IMG/VR virus record: IMGVR_UViG_3300032320_000789
Span: 1 to 62,504 of that record
Source: a virus
Lineage: Duplodnaviria; Caudoviricetes
Direction: 5' to 3' (one strand)
Length of the DNA stretch: 62,504 bases
Shown: positions 40,736 to 50,167 of the stretch, piece by piece
How positions within the stretch are numbered: position 1 is the stretch's first letter
Layout: each line of letters starts with the position of its first letter
The notes under the pieces: model-generated
Databases searched by the model: none
Seen by the model: the letters and a program-made list of their open reading frames with translations, nothing else
What the model was told of the DNA's origin: nothing
Program-made: the position numbers and the translations under genes

Positions 40736-40764
40736 TTGACAAATAATTAATTTAATATTATAAT
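40736..40764 (+). promoter_or_regulatory. Consensus sigma70 promoter
   Basis: TTGACA-17-TATAAT. Confidence 0.8.
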
Positions 40765-40798
40765 AATCTTATTAACAATATAGTTAAGGAGCTAAAAG

Positions 40799-41827
40799 AT
40801 GTCTACAATTTTGATTAAAAATGGGTCGTATCGCAATCAACCTGTAAGCGGTATGATTTTTAATTTAGTAAAAGGTTATCAAACTGGAGCCAAAGGAGGC
40901 TATGTGACAGTAAAAGCAGATGGCTATTTTGGCCCCGATGTACCTGAAGTAGTTCGTATCAAAGTAAGTTCAATTGAAGATTTAGAATTTACTAACGAAT
41001 CAATGCCGGCTAACGATTTTGTTGCGCCAATCGTAACTAAGCCTGTAGTTGAGTCAGACGACGAAATTATGGACCGTATTGAACAACGATTTGAAATTTT
41101 ACACCAAATGACTCGTGCTACAATTTCAGGCGATGTTCGCGCTATGATTGTAGTTGGTCCCCCGGGTGTTGGTAAGTCATACGGTGTTGAGTTTGAACTT
41201 GAGAAGGCAGGGTTATTTGATAAAATCTCGGGTAAGAAAGTCAAGTATGAAGTAGTCAAAGGTGCGATGACTCCGATTGGTTTATACTGTACCTTATATC
41301 GTCATTCCGATGCTAACAACGTTTTAGTATTTGACGATTGCGACTCGGTATTCCAAGACGAATTGGCGCTTAACATTCTTAAAGCCGCATTAGACTCTGG
41401 TAAGAAGCGTAAAATCCACTGGAACTCTGATAGTGCTATGTTACGCCGCGAGGGTGTTCCGGATATGTTTGACTTTAAAGGTGGCTGTATTTTTATTACC
41501 AACTTGAAGTTTGATAATCTTAAATCTAAGAAAATGCAGGATCACTTAGAAGCATTACAGAGTCGATGCCACTTTTTGGATTTAACTTTGAACACAATGC
41601 GTGACAAATTCTTGCGTATTAAACAAATTTTCCGTCAAGGTCAATTGTTCAAAGACTATGATTTTAGTCCGGAACAAGGTGAAGAAATCCTAGCATTTAT
41701 GGATTCGAACAAAGATCGATTGCGTGAAATGTCTTTGCGTATGGCGCTTAAATTAGCCGACTTAACCAAAGTATCACAAAGTAATTGGAAGGCTTTGGCG
41801 GCTAGTACTTGTATGAAGAATAGCTAA
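40799..41827 (+). CDS. AAA+-type P-loop ATPase
   Basis: GPPGVGKS, VLVFDDCD, IFITN, ALQSRC; AAGGAG RBS. Confidence 0.8.
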   Translation: MSTILIKNGSYRNQPVSGMIFNLVKGYQTGAKGGYVTVKADGYFGPDVPEVVRIKVSSIEDLEFTNESMPANDFVAPIVTKPVVESDDEIMDRIEQRFEILHQMTRATISGDVRAMIVVGPPGVGKSYGVEFELEKAGLFDKISGKKVKYEVVKGAMTPIGLYCTLYRHSDANNVLVFDDCDSVFQDELALNILKAALDSGKKRKIHWNSDSAMLRREGVPDMFDFKGGCIFITNLKFDNLKSKKMQDHLEALQSRCHFLDLTLNTMRDKFLRIKQIFRQGQLFKDYDFSPEQGEEILAFMDSNKDRLREMSLRMALKLADLTKVSQSNWKALAASTCMKNS

Positions 41828-41897
41828 AAATTTTACTTACCTTAGATTATAAGGTAAGTACAAGGTAGCTCCTGGGCTGTTTTACAGCTCATTTTAC

Positions 41898-41928
41898 CAG
41901 GCACCCATAAAACGGTGCCTGTTTTTTT
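41898..41928 (+). terminator. Rho-independent terminator
   Basis: CAGGCACC-8 nt-GGTGCCTG-T7. Confidence 0.8.
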
Positions 41929-41956
41929 GACATTAATCAATTAAATATGCTACAAT
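41927..41956 (+). promoter_or_regulatory. sigma70-like promoter
   Basis: TTGACA-18-TACAAT with TG extension. Confidence 0.6.
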
Positions 41957-41964
41957 AAGCAATA

Positions 41965-43422
41965 ATGCGAACAGCTATAATTACAATCCGTGATGAAGTT
42001 AATATCAAAATAGAAGGCCTTGAATTGGATGCTAGGCGCAAATTAGTAAACACATTCAAATATGATGTGCCGGGTGCCAGATATTTACCCGCGGTTAAAC
42101 TTGGTCGATGGGATGGCAAAGTAAGCTATTTTCAGTTAGGCGGTAGTACTTTTGTAAATTTACTTCCTGAAATTATTCCTATACTAGAAAGTTACAATTA
42201 TGACATCGAGCTTAACGATCTTCGTGACTATAGTACTAATTTTACTTTCGATAGAGTAACTGAAGAAACGTTTTCTCATATCAATTGGGGCAAGGGTCAT
42301 CCTATGGAAGACCAACCTATTAAATTACGAGATTATCAAGTTGAAATTATTAATAATTTTTTAGAAAATCCGCAAAGTATACAGGAAATTGCCACAGGTG
42401 CTGGTAAGACTATCATGACCGCGGCACTTAGTCAACGATGCGAAGCCCATGGTAGGACGATTGTAATCGTACCTAACAAGAGTTTAGTTACTCAAACAGA
42501 AAAAGATTATCGTGGGTTAGGATTAGATGTTGGAGTATATTTTGGAGACAGGAAAGAGTGGGGTAAAAAACATACAATCTGTACTTGGCAATCTCTGAAC
42601 ATACTTCTTAAGAATACTAAAAACGGATCAGATATTACAATTCATGACTTCATTGAAGATGTGGTTTGTATTATGGTCGACGAAGTACACATGGCTAAAG
42701 CCGATGCGTTAAAAACATTACTTACAGGAGTAATGGGTCGTATTCCTATTCGATGGGGCCTAACCGGTACTGTACCTAAAGAACCATACGAGTTTCAAGC
42801 ATTGAAATGCAGTCTAGGCCCAGTTATTAATCAACTGTCGGCTAGCGAACTACAAGGTCGTGGAGTACTAGCTAGATGTCATGTAAATATTGTACAATTA
42901 ATTGACCATGCTGAGTTTTCTAATTATCAATCTGAACTTAAATTTTTATTAGAAGAACCAGATAGACTTGATACAATATCACAATTAATAGGAAAAGTTA
43001 AAGCCACCGGTAATACATTAGTTCTAGTGGATCGAGTTGCTGCTGGTCACGCACTAGTAGAACGATTAGGCGACCGTGCTGTATTTGTATCGGGCGCAAC
43101 AAAAGGAACAAAACGAGATGAAGAATATGCCGAAGTGGCCGAAGTTGATGATAAAATTATTGTGGCGACTTATGGCGTTGCCGCTGTGGGTATTAATATT
43201 CCTCGTATTTTTAATCTGGTACTTGTGGAACCCGGAAAGAGCTTTGTTCGTGTTATACAAAGTATTGGGCGAGGTATACGCAAAGCTGAAGACAAAGATT
43301 TTGTACAAATCTGGGACATAACTAGTACTTGTAAATTTGCCAAAAGACATTTGACCAAACGTAAACAGTTTTATAAAGATGCTAACTACCCATTTACTCA
43401 AGAAAAATTAGAGTGGAAATAG
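41965..43422 (+). CDS. uvsW: SF2 DNA helicase UvsW
   Basis: LRDYQ, ATGAGKT, VDEVH, GLTGT, QSIGRGIR. Confidence 0.92.
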   Translation: MRTAIITIRDEVNIKIEGLELDARRKLVNTFKYDVPGARYLPAVKLGRWDGKVSYFQLGGSTFVNLLPEIIPILESYNYDIELNDLRDYSTNFTFDRVTEETFSHINWGKGHPMEDQPIKLRDYQVEIINNFLENPQSIQEIATGAGKTIMTAALSQRCEAHGRTIVIVPNKSLVTQTEKDYRGLGLDVGVYFGDRKEWGKKHTICTWQSLNILLKNTKNGSDITIHDFIEDVVCIMVDEVHMAKADALKTLLTGVMGRIPIRWGLTGTVPKEPYEFQALKCSLGPVINQLSASELQGRGVLARCHVNIVQLIDHAEFSNYQSELKFLLEEPDRLDTISQLIGKVKATGNTLVLVDRVAAGHALVERLGDRAVFVSGATKGTKRDEEYAEVAEVDDKIIVATYGVAAVGINIPRIFNLVLVEPGKSFVRVIQSIGRGIRKAEDKDFVQIWDITSTCKFAKRHLTKRKQFYKDANYPFTQEKLEWK

Positions 43423-43450
43423 TTGACAAAATTAAATGTGATGTTACAAT
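43423..43450 (+). promoter_or_regulatory. sigma70-like promoter
   Basis: TTGACA-16-TACAAT, 6 nt before ATG 43457. Confidence 0.55.
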
Positions 43451-43456
43451 AACAAT

Positions 43457-43957
43457 ATGAGAATACTAACTTTAGACAACGAACCATACGATTTAGATCA
43501 TCTTCCTGAAGAAGTAGATGATATGCGTTTTAGTATTTTGGATAACTCCAATCCACAAGATCCGGACTATCACTACATTCCATTAATTTTTTTAGAAAAT
43601 TTTAATGCTCCTGCGTTAGTATTAAAAATTGGTGAACATAAAATCCGTATGCCTGTTGACTGGCAACTATTAATCGGTGAGCCAGATTTCGGTGACTTAG
43701 AAGTTATACCATTGTCGGCACTTAATGATCGTGGATTCAAAGCATTTCAGTTTAATCCAATATCTAGTTTTAGACCAAGTTTTCTTGATGTAGAAATTTT
43801 AGATGTCTATCAGGATGTAGCATGGTATGCTCCTAAACTTAAAAATGGACAAATGCTATGCGTTCCAATAAGTGACGGTAAAGAACCAGAATGTGTATAT
43901 TTTGTCAAAGATATCAGTCGCACTTGTGAAGTAGTAGATTATAATAAGGCATTTTAA
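43457..43957 (+). CDS. Hypothetical all-beta protein, possibly a degenerate Hint fold
   Basis: VLKIGEHKIRMPVDWQLLIG, VIPLSALNDRG pattern reminiscent of Hint blocks; inference only. Confidence 0.55.
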   Translation: MRILTLDNEPYDLDHLPEEVDDMRFSILDNSNPQDPDYHYIPLIFLENFNAPALVLKIGEHKIRMPVDWQLLIGEPDFGDLEVIPLSALNDRGFKAFQFNPISSFRPSFLDVEILDVYQDVAWYAPKLKNGQMLCVPISDGKEPECVYFVKDISRTCEVVDYNKAF

Positions 43958-43960
43958 TTT

Positions 43961-44407
43961 GTGGATAAGCTAAGTATTAATAACGAAATGACGCAATTTG
44001 ATCGTAAAAATCGTGATTTTTACGACAGTTTAACTGACGAGGAGCGTAAAAAATTCTCTACATTTTTAATGATTAGATATGGTAGTAGTGTAAACGGCAG
44101 TAGAGATTTACAAGAATTTTATCTTATTTCTACAAATGAACGACTTAACAAAAATTTTTTCCCCTTACATAAACATCCTAAATTGCAATGGCTATTGGCA
44201 ACTACTGTCAGTCCAGGCATGGGAACCTTTAGACACAATTGGATTGCTACAAAAAAGAAAGAACCAGGCGCTGGTAGTATTAAAAAACAAATTGCTGAAC
44301 TATATCCACATTTAAAAGATGACGAAATAGATTTAATGTCAAAAATTAATACTAAAAAAGATATAGATGCATACATGAAAAAATTAGGACAGGAGAGTAA
44401 AAAATGA
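43961..44407 (+). CDS. Clamp-loader small subunit (T4 gp62-like)
   Basis: FSTFLMIRYGSSV, NERLN, HPKLQWLL, HNWI.TKKK. Confidence 0.6.
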   Translation: MDKLSINNEMTQFDRKNRDFYDSLTDEERKKFSTFLMIRYGSSVNGSRDLQEFYLISTNERLNKNFFPLHKHPKLQWLLATTVSPGMGTFRHNWIATKKKEPGAGSIKKQIAELYPHLKDDEIDLMSKINTKKDIDAYMKKLGQESKK

Positions 44408-44631
44408 TTTGGTTTTTTTCAAAAAAATCGGAACCAGGCTATAAGCAAGTAGAATTTGTTGACAAGGACGGTACTGTATTTAGATACAAGCCTGTAAAAA
44501 ATATTACAGCCAACGAAGTTGCTAGACTTTTGCCGTTGTTTTTAAATCCAAATGCTACCCCAGCAGATTCGATTGCTTATATTAAAAAAGAAAAATTAGA
44601 ACGAAACTTTGCTATTAATCCAGAAGAATGA
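44404..44631 (+). CDS. Hypothetical protein
   Basis: ATGA overlaps on both sides; AGGAG RBS. Confidence 0.55.
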   Translation: MIWFFSKKSEPGYKQVEFVDKDGTVFRYKPVKNITANEVARLLPLFLNPNATPADSIAYIKKEKLERNFAINPEE

Positions 44632-45302
44632 GTCATACATGCCAGTATTGTAAGAAGAATTTTATCAAAGAATCTTCTTTGGCAATTCATTCTTGTGAGC
44701 CTAGAAGACGAAGACAAGAAAAAGATGAAGCTGGTGTTAGATTGGGATTCAATTCTTATTTAAAATTCTATGAGCTAACACAAGGATCAGCTAAACTAAA
44801 AACATATGATGATTTTTGCGAAAGCCCTTATTACAAAGCCTTTGTAAAATTTGGTAGATATTGTGTAAGTACAAAAGTTATCAACCCAGCTCGCTTTACA
44901 GAATGGGTGTTAAAACAAAATAAAAAATTAGACTATTGGTGTAGTGACAAACTTTATGAAGAATATTTACTATTCTATCTTAAAGTAGAGCGTATGGAAG
45001 ATGCGTTGGCTCGTGGCATAGAACACGCCTTAACTTGGGCCGAGGAAAAAGAGGCACCGTCCCAAGATTATCTGCGTTATGGCAATCATAATGTAATTAC
45101 TAGTGCCATAGTCAACGGTCGTATAAGTCCGTGGATATTATATAATTGCGAATCTGGTCAAAAATTTTTAGCTGAAATGAATACTGAACATCAAACAATG
45201 GTATGGTCATATATAGATCCTGATGTATGGACTAAAAAATTAAAAGACGATCCAGCAAATCGTATAGAAGCACAAGAACTATTGCAAAAGGCCGGTTGGT
45301 AA
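44628..45302 (+). CDS. Zn-finger-containing hypothetical protein
   Basis: CQYCKKNFIKESSLAIHSC. Confidence 0.7.
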   Translation: MSHTCQYCKKNFIKESSLAIHSCEPRRRRQEKDEAGVRLGFNSYLKFYELTQGSAKLKTYDDFCESPYYKAFVKFGRYCVSTKVINPARFTEWVLKQNKKLDYWCSDKLYEEYLLFYLKVERMEDALARGIEHALTWAEEKEAPSQDYLRYGNHNVITSAIVNGRISPWILYNCESGQKFLAEMNTEHQTMVWSYIDPDVWTKKLKDDPANRIEAQELLQKAGW

Positions 45303-45889
45303 TGTCAGCAGATATCGATATTGATTTAGCAGACCGAGAACAAGTTTTAAGACTTATTCAATCGATACCAGCACGACAATTGCATCAAGGTCAAATTCGA
45401 AAACATAATTCAGGAGTATATGTTACTGATATTCCGTATGATCCAGTCAATCAATGTGCGGCTATTACTTACGAAGAAGCGGAAACTCGTGGATATTTTA
45501 AAATTGATTTACTAAACATGTCAGTTTATCAGCTAATTAAAAGCCCGGAACATTATGAGGAAATGCTAAAAAAAGAACCACCCTGGGGAAGACTATGGAC
45601 TGACATCGAGTGGTCAAAACAACTAGCTCATGTAGGAAATTACACTGACTTAATAGTAAAAATGAAACCCGATTCAATTCCAAGAATGGCGGCTTTTATC
45701 GCAATTATTCGACCAGGTAAAGCACACTTACAGAACAAACCTTGGAATGAAATATTTGAATCTGTGTGGGATGGAGACGATAGTAAAGGGTTTGTCTTTA
45801 AAAAGTCGCATAGTCTTAGCTACGCAATGTTAGTTGCACTACATATGAATTTACTGGATGAAATCAATCCATCCGGCGCACTAAAGTAA
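45302..45889 (+). CDS. Miniature family C (DnaE/Pol III alpha-like) polymerase catalytic core
   Basis: Start reassigned to the TAATG overlap; DIDID, KHNSGVY, GYFKIDLL, AIIRPG, FKKSHSLSYA in DnaE order. Confidence 0.75.
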   Translation: MSADIDIDLADREQVLRLIQSIPARQLHQGQIRKHNSGVYVTDIPYDPVNQCAAITYEEAETRGYFKIDLLNMSVYQLIKSPEHYEEMLKKEPPWGRLWTDIEWSKQLAHVGNYTDLIVKMKPDSIPRMAAFIAIIRPGKAHLQNKPWNEIFESVWDGDDSKGFVFKKSHSLSYAMLVALHMNLLDEINPSGALK

Positions 45890-46241
45890 TACTTTTCCTT
45901 TTGGATTTTTTGCGTCCTATTTCAGCTAGACTACACACTGGGCCGTGTAGGATTTCAAGATCTTTATTAATAAATGTACGCAGATAAACTCTAAACGGGT
46001 CCCATTCTTGTTTTAAATAGATATTAATGGGTATTGATCTGTTACTTTCCCACCACCAAACATTAGCTAATTCTAAGAATAATTTTTTTACTTCTAAATC
46101 TGCTATACTACCAAAATCATAGATAGTAGTAACAACATCGTCTCGATTCTGTATTATCCCTACATATTCTTGGGAGGAGTAGAGACACAGCGTTATAAAC
46201 GGGTATTTGTCAGTTAATTTTTTAAAGATTTCTGCGTTCAT
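45864..46241 (-). CDS. Hypothetical phage protein
   Basis: 125 aa; WWWESNRSIPINIYL; reverse ATAAATA at 46265-71. Confidence 0.7.
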   Translation of the reverse strand: MNAEIFKKLTDKYPFITLCLYSSQEYVGIIQNRDDVVTTIYDFGSIADLEVKKLFLELANVWWWESNRSIPINIYLKQEWDPFRVYLRTFINKDLEILHGPVCSLAEIGRKKSKRKSITLVRRMD

Positions 46242-46311
46242 CTATTAATAATTATCATTTGGAATATTTATGGTATAAAAATATATGATTAAATATCGCT
46301 AAATAATATGT

Positions 46312-47460
46312 ATGTATTCAACCACCGCTTACCTTTATCAGCAACGAACACAGGTATTATTGCTCGACAGCAGTGGGCAATACTTTTCAGCGAGGTACGA
46401 CCCAGTGTACGCTAAACGATTAACTCTAAATTTAGGAGTAGACAATGTCCTCCTTTTTTCCTTTATTAATCAGGACGAAAAACCTGTTAATGTAAACGGT
46501 TGTACCTTTACTTTTCGTATTACAAACACAGCAGGAACTGTGCTATTGTTGCAGGCACCTATGACAATTCTTAATGCGGCTACTGGGCAAGTTAAAGTGA
46601 CTATCCTCGGGGAGGATACATTAGAATTAATTGCTCAACCAGCATCGTATTCTATTAGTGTACAAAGCGGAAATTTGAATCAAGCAGTATTTACAAATGC
46701 TCAGGCTGGTGCCCGGGCCCCAATTGATTTAGTAAATTCAGTATTTCCGCAATTCGTACCAAGTATTCCACTTACAATTCCAACTACAAGTCTAAGCTCG
46801 CAGACAAGTTTTGACGGGGCAAGTTACGAACAATATCCAGGATGGGCTGGTAATTGGTATTACGGGGGCAACGGTAGTTGGTATAATAATAATTATCAAA
46901 ATACAGAATTTTATTCAAGTTTTATTGAACCAAGAAATTATGTTACCACAATCCAAATGGATTTAATAGGATACACCGGAACAATTAAAGCTCAGTTTGC
47001 TCAAAATTATCAAAGCATTTTTTATAATATCACTGAATCAACAACTTATTATGACGAGACAAAAACAATTTATATGAATATAATTGGTTGGTATCCGTTA
47101 TTAAGATTATGTTTTAACAATAGTCTTTTTTCAACACCAAATCCTCCTGGTGTGCCAGCATCTGCTTATGCGGTATGCAATGACGGAGTGCTTACAGATA
47201 TTGTTATACAAAATGGTGGTTACGGATATTTGGCTCCACCAAAAGTTGACATTATAGGTAATGGATCGGGTGCCGAAGTTACTGCTAATATCGATGCTAA
47301 CGGGACAGTTACTGGATTTAATATTATTAACGGCGGATCTGGCTATTGGCCTATACCATCAGGGAGTGTTAATCCAGCTGCTAATCCTGTTCCGCCAGCA
47401 CAACAAGGCGCTTTCCCAATCATCTCAACTGGTTATATTACCAATTTACTCTACCGTTAA
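46312..47460 (+). CDS. Virion structural protein (baseplate-upper/BppU-like N-terminus)
   Basis: GVDNVLLFSFINQDEKPVN; I.NGGYGY..PP.V.I.G.GSGA repeat; CTAAATA at 46299. Confidence 0.6.
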   Translation: MYSTTAYLYQQRTQVLLLDSSGQYFSARYDPVYAKRLTLNLGVDNVLLFSFINQDEKPVNVNGCTFTFRITNTAGTVLLLQAPMTILNAATGQVKVTILGEDTLELIAQPASYSISVQSGNLNQAVFTNAQAGARAPIDLVNSVFPQFVPSIPLTIPTTSLSSQTSFDGASYEQYPGWAGNWYYGGNGSWYNNNYQNTEFYSSFIEPRNYVTTIQMDLIGYTGTIKAQFAQNYQSIFYNITESTTYYDETKTIYMNIIGWYPLLRLCFNNSLFSTPNPPGVPASAYAVCNDGVLTDIVIQNGGYGYLAPPKVDIIGNGSGAEVTANIDANGTVTGFNIINGGSGYWPIPSGSVNPAANPVPPAQQGAFPIISTGYITNLLYR

Positions 47461-47463
47461 ACG

Positions 47464-47492
47464 TTGATTTTACAGGTTAAATCTGCTATAAT
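47464..47492 (+). promoter_or_regulatory. sigma70-like promoter
   Basis: TTGATT-17-TATAAT with TG extension, 6 nt before ATG 47499. Confidence 0.6.
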
Positions 47493-47498
47493 TGTAGC

Positions 47499-48479
47499 AT
47501 GATTGATGTGATTTCTTTTCTTCCAAGTAAACGAAAACATACTAGCTCTGGCTGGATATCATTCAATGCTCCTTGTTGTATTCACAGAGGCGACAATCAA
47601 GATAAAAGACAACGCGGTGGCCTTAAACCCAACATAGAAAACGGATGGAGTTATCATTGTTTTAATTGTGGATATACAGCTAGTTTTATTTTAGGGCGCA
47701 ACTTATCATTTAAAGCTCGCAACTTATTAAAATGGTTAGGCGTAGATCAGCAAAGCATTGAACAAATTAATATTGAAAGTCTAAGACATCGAACTATGAA
47801 TGGTTTGATTGAAAATCAAAAGACGCAGATTAAAGCAGTTGAATTTGAAGAGCGTGATTTGCCTCCTAATTTGGAACTTATAAACATTGACAATCCCGCT
47901 CATTTCCCGTATATTGAATACTTAGAAAGTAGATGTATTGATTGTTTGAATTATCCGTATATGGTAAGCCCAAACGATGAAGGAAGATTAAGTAAACGTA
48001 TCGTAATACCGTTCACTCACAAAGGTGTAATGGTAGGGAATACATCTAGATTTATCGATGGCAGGCAACCTAAATTTATATCGGACACACAGCAAGGTTA
48101 TGTATTTGGGGTTGATTTACAAAAAGATAATTGGCAACATTTGATTGTAGTAGAAGGAGTATTTGACGCACTTGCCATTAATGGATTGGCGGTATTACAC
48201 AACGATATTAATAATACACAAGTTCAGGTAATTAAAAGTTTAGGTAAGAATATTACCGTGGTCCCGGATCAGGATCAAGCTGGAATGGCATTAGTAAATA
48301 AAGCAATAGAATTAGGGTGGGGTGTAAGTATTCCTGAATGGCCCGCTGGCATCAAAGATGTAAATGATGCTGTAATTTTTATGGGTAAGGTTGCGACTTT
48401 GCTAACTATATTAAATGCCAGAGAAACTAACAAATATAAAATTGAAATAAAAAGGAAGCAACTTGTTAAAAGACTATAG
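47499..48479 (+). CDS. DNA primase (Zn finger + TOPRIM, gp61-like)
   Basis: PCC...YHCFNCG; VVEGVFDA; PDQDQAG; KDVNDA. Confidence 0.88.
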   Translation: MIDVISFLPSKRKHTSSGWISFNAPCCIHRGDNQDKRQRGGLKPNIENGWSYHCFNCGYTASFILGRNLSFKARNLLKWLGVDQQSIEQINIESLRHRTMNGLIENQKTQIKAVEFEERDLPPNLELINIDNPAHFPYIEYLESRCIDCLNYPYMVSPNDEGRLSKRIVIPFTHKGVMVGNTSRFIDGRQPKFISDTQQGYVFGVDLQKDNWQHLIVVEGVFDALAINGLAVLHNDINNTQVQVIKSLGKNITVVPDQDQAGMALVNKAIELGWGVSIPEWPAGIKDVNDAVIFMGKVATLLTILNARETNKYKIEIKRKQLVKRL

Positions 48480-49866
48480 TGTTGAAGTACAAAAATTATT
48501 TTTAGAAATGATGCTCAGCGATGCTGAATCATTTGTTCGGGTTCAAAATATCTATAACCCAGAAAACTTTGACCGAAGTATCCGTACGGCGGCGCAATTT
48601 GTTAAAACTCATTATGAAGAGCACGGCTCACTACCTATATTAGAGCAAATTAATGCGGCTACTGGTTCTAAGTTAGAACCATTGCCAGATCTTCCAGACG
48701 GTAATTTAGATTGGTTTATGGAAGAATTTGAAGGTTTTACTAAAAAGGAAGAACTTAGTAGAGCTATTCTTAAATCGTATGATATGTTGGACAAGGGTGA
48801 GTTTGCCCCAGTAGAAAAACTAATTAAAGATGCGGTTCAAATTAGTTTACAAAAAGATATGGGTACAGATTATTTTGCGGACCCAAGAGGTCGCAATGAC
48901 AAATACTTTAATTCTGGCGGACAAGTAAGTACTGGCTGGCCATCCTTGGATAAAATCCTATATGGCGGATTTAGTCGTGGAGAATTGAATATTTTTGCTG
49001 GCGGCTCTGGGTCTGGTAAATCGTTAGTTATGATGAATATTGCTATTAGTTGGCTAGAGCAAGGACTTAGCGGCGCATATATTAGTTTAGAACTTTCAGA
49101 AGAATTAGTTGGGTTGCGTACCGATGCTATGTTGTCCAGTATGTCAACTAAAGATATTCGTAAAGATTTGGAAACAGCTGAATTAAAAATTAAGATGTTT
49201 GGTAAAAAAGCTGGACAATATCGTGTTAAAGCATTACCAGCACAAAGCAATATTAATGATGTACGCAGTTATTTAAAAGAAGTACAAGTTCAAACAGGTA
49301 TTAAAATTGATTTTGTAATGGTCGATTACTTGGATTTGTTAATGCCAGTTTCAGCTAAAGTTAGCCCAAATGATTTGTTTGTCAAAGACAAATATGTTTC
49401 GGAAGAATTACGCAATTTAGCAAAAGAACTTAATATATTATTAGTAACAGCTTCACAATTAAATCGTGCGGCCGTAGAAGAAATTGAATTTGACCATAGC
49501 CATATTTCGGGTGGTATTTCTAAGATTAATACCGCAGATAATGTATTTGGTATCTTTACAAGTCGTGCTATGAAAGAGCGTGGCCGCTATCAATTACAAT
49601 GTATGAAAACTCGCACAAGTAACGGCACAGGGCAAAAGGTAGAATTAGACTATAATGTCGAAACAATGCGTATTACTGATTTACCCGAAGATGCTACCCC
49701 AGTAAATTCATTCAAAAAATCTAGCATTTATGACAGTATAAAAACGCAAAGTAGGGTTAACAATGGGGAAACTATTGATGCTGATACCGGCGAAGTTAGT
49801 AAAATTACAGCCGAAGTGCAAAGCAGTAAATTAAAGGCATTGTTGGGGCAAATTAAACAAAATTAA
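48463..49866 (+). CDS. Replicative DnaB-like helicase (gp41-like)
   Basis: GGSGSGKS, ISLELSE, VDYLDL, TASQLNR. Confidence 0.92.
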   Translation: MLKDYSVEVQKLFLEMMLSDAESFVRVQNIYNPENFDRSIRTAAQFVKTHYEEHGSLPILEQINAATGSKLEPLPDLPDGNLDWFMEEFEGFTKKEELSRAILKSYDMLDKGEFAPVEKLIKDAVQISLQKDMGTDYFADPRGRNDKYFNSGGQVSTGWPSLDKILYGGFSRGELNIFAGGSGSGKSLVMMNIAISWLEQGLSGAYISLELSEELVGLRTDAMLSSMSTKDIRKDLETAELKIKMFGKKAGQYRVKALPAQSNINDVRSYLKEVQVQTGIKIDFVMVDYLDLLMPVSAKVSPNDLFVKDKYVSEELRNLAKELNILLVTASQLNRAAVEEIEFDHSHISGGISKINTADNVFGIFTSRAMKERGRYQLQCMKTRTSNGTGQKVELDYNVETMRITDLPEDATPVNSFKKSSIYDSIKTQSRVNNGETIDADTGEVSKITAEVQSSKLKALLGQIKQN

Positions 49867-49918
49867 AAGCCAGCCTATAAGTTAAATTGTAATAAATAAT
49901 AAAAAGGTTCTGGCAATT

Positions 49919-50167
49919 ATGCAAAAGAAAACCCGTAGTTTATTGGAAGAATTAGACAGCATGTATATTGAGCGCGATCGGCGCCATATAATTGAAAATC
50001 GTGCCTCTAATATTATTGCGTCCGCCATTAGTTTATTAGAACAAATTGATGAAAACTACACACCAGATCAAGCAGAGAACCTTACACGTAAACTAATTAA
50101 TGCTATTAAACTTCGCGACCCGGGCAAGTTTACTCGCACCGTAAGGAAAACTGATGCAAATTCATGA
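49919..50167 (+). CDS. Hypothetical protein
   Basis: 82 aa; ATAAATA at 49892. Confidence 0.7.
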   Translation: MQKKTRSLLEELDSMYIERDRRHIIENRASNIIASAISLLEQIDENYTPDQAENLTRKLINAIKLRDPGKFTRTVRKTDANS

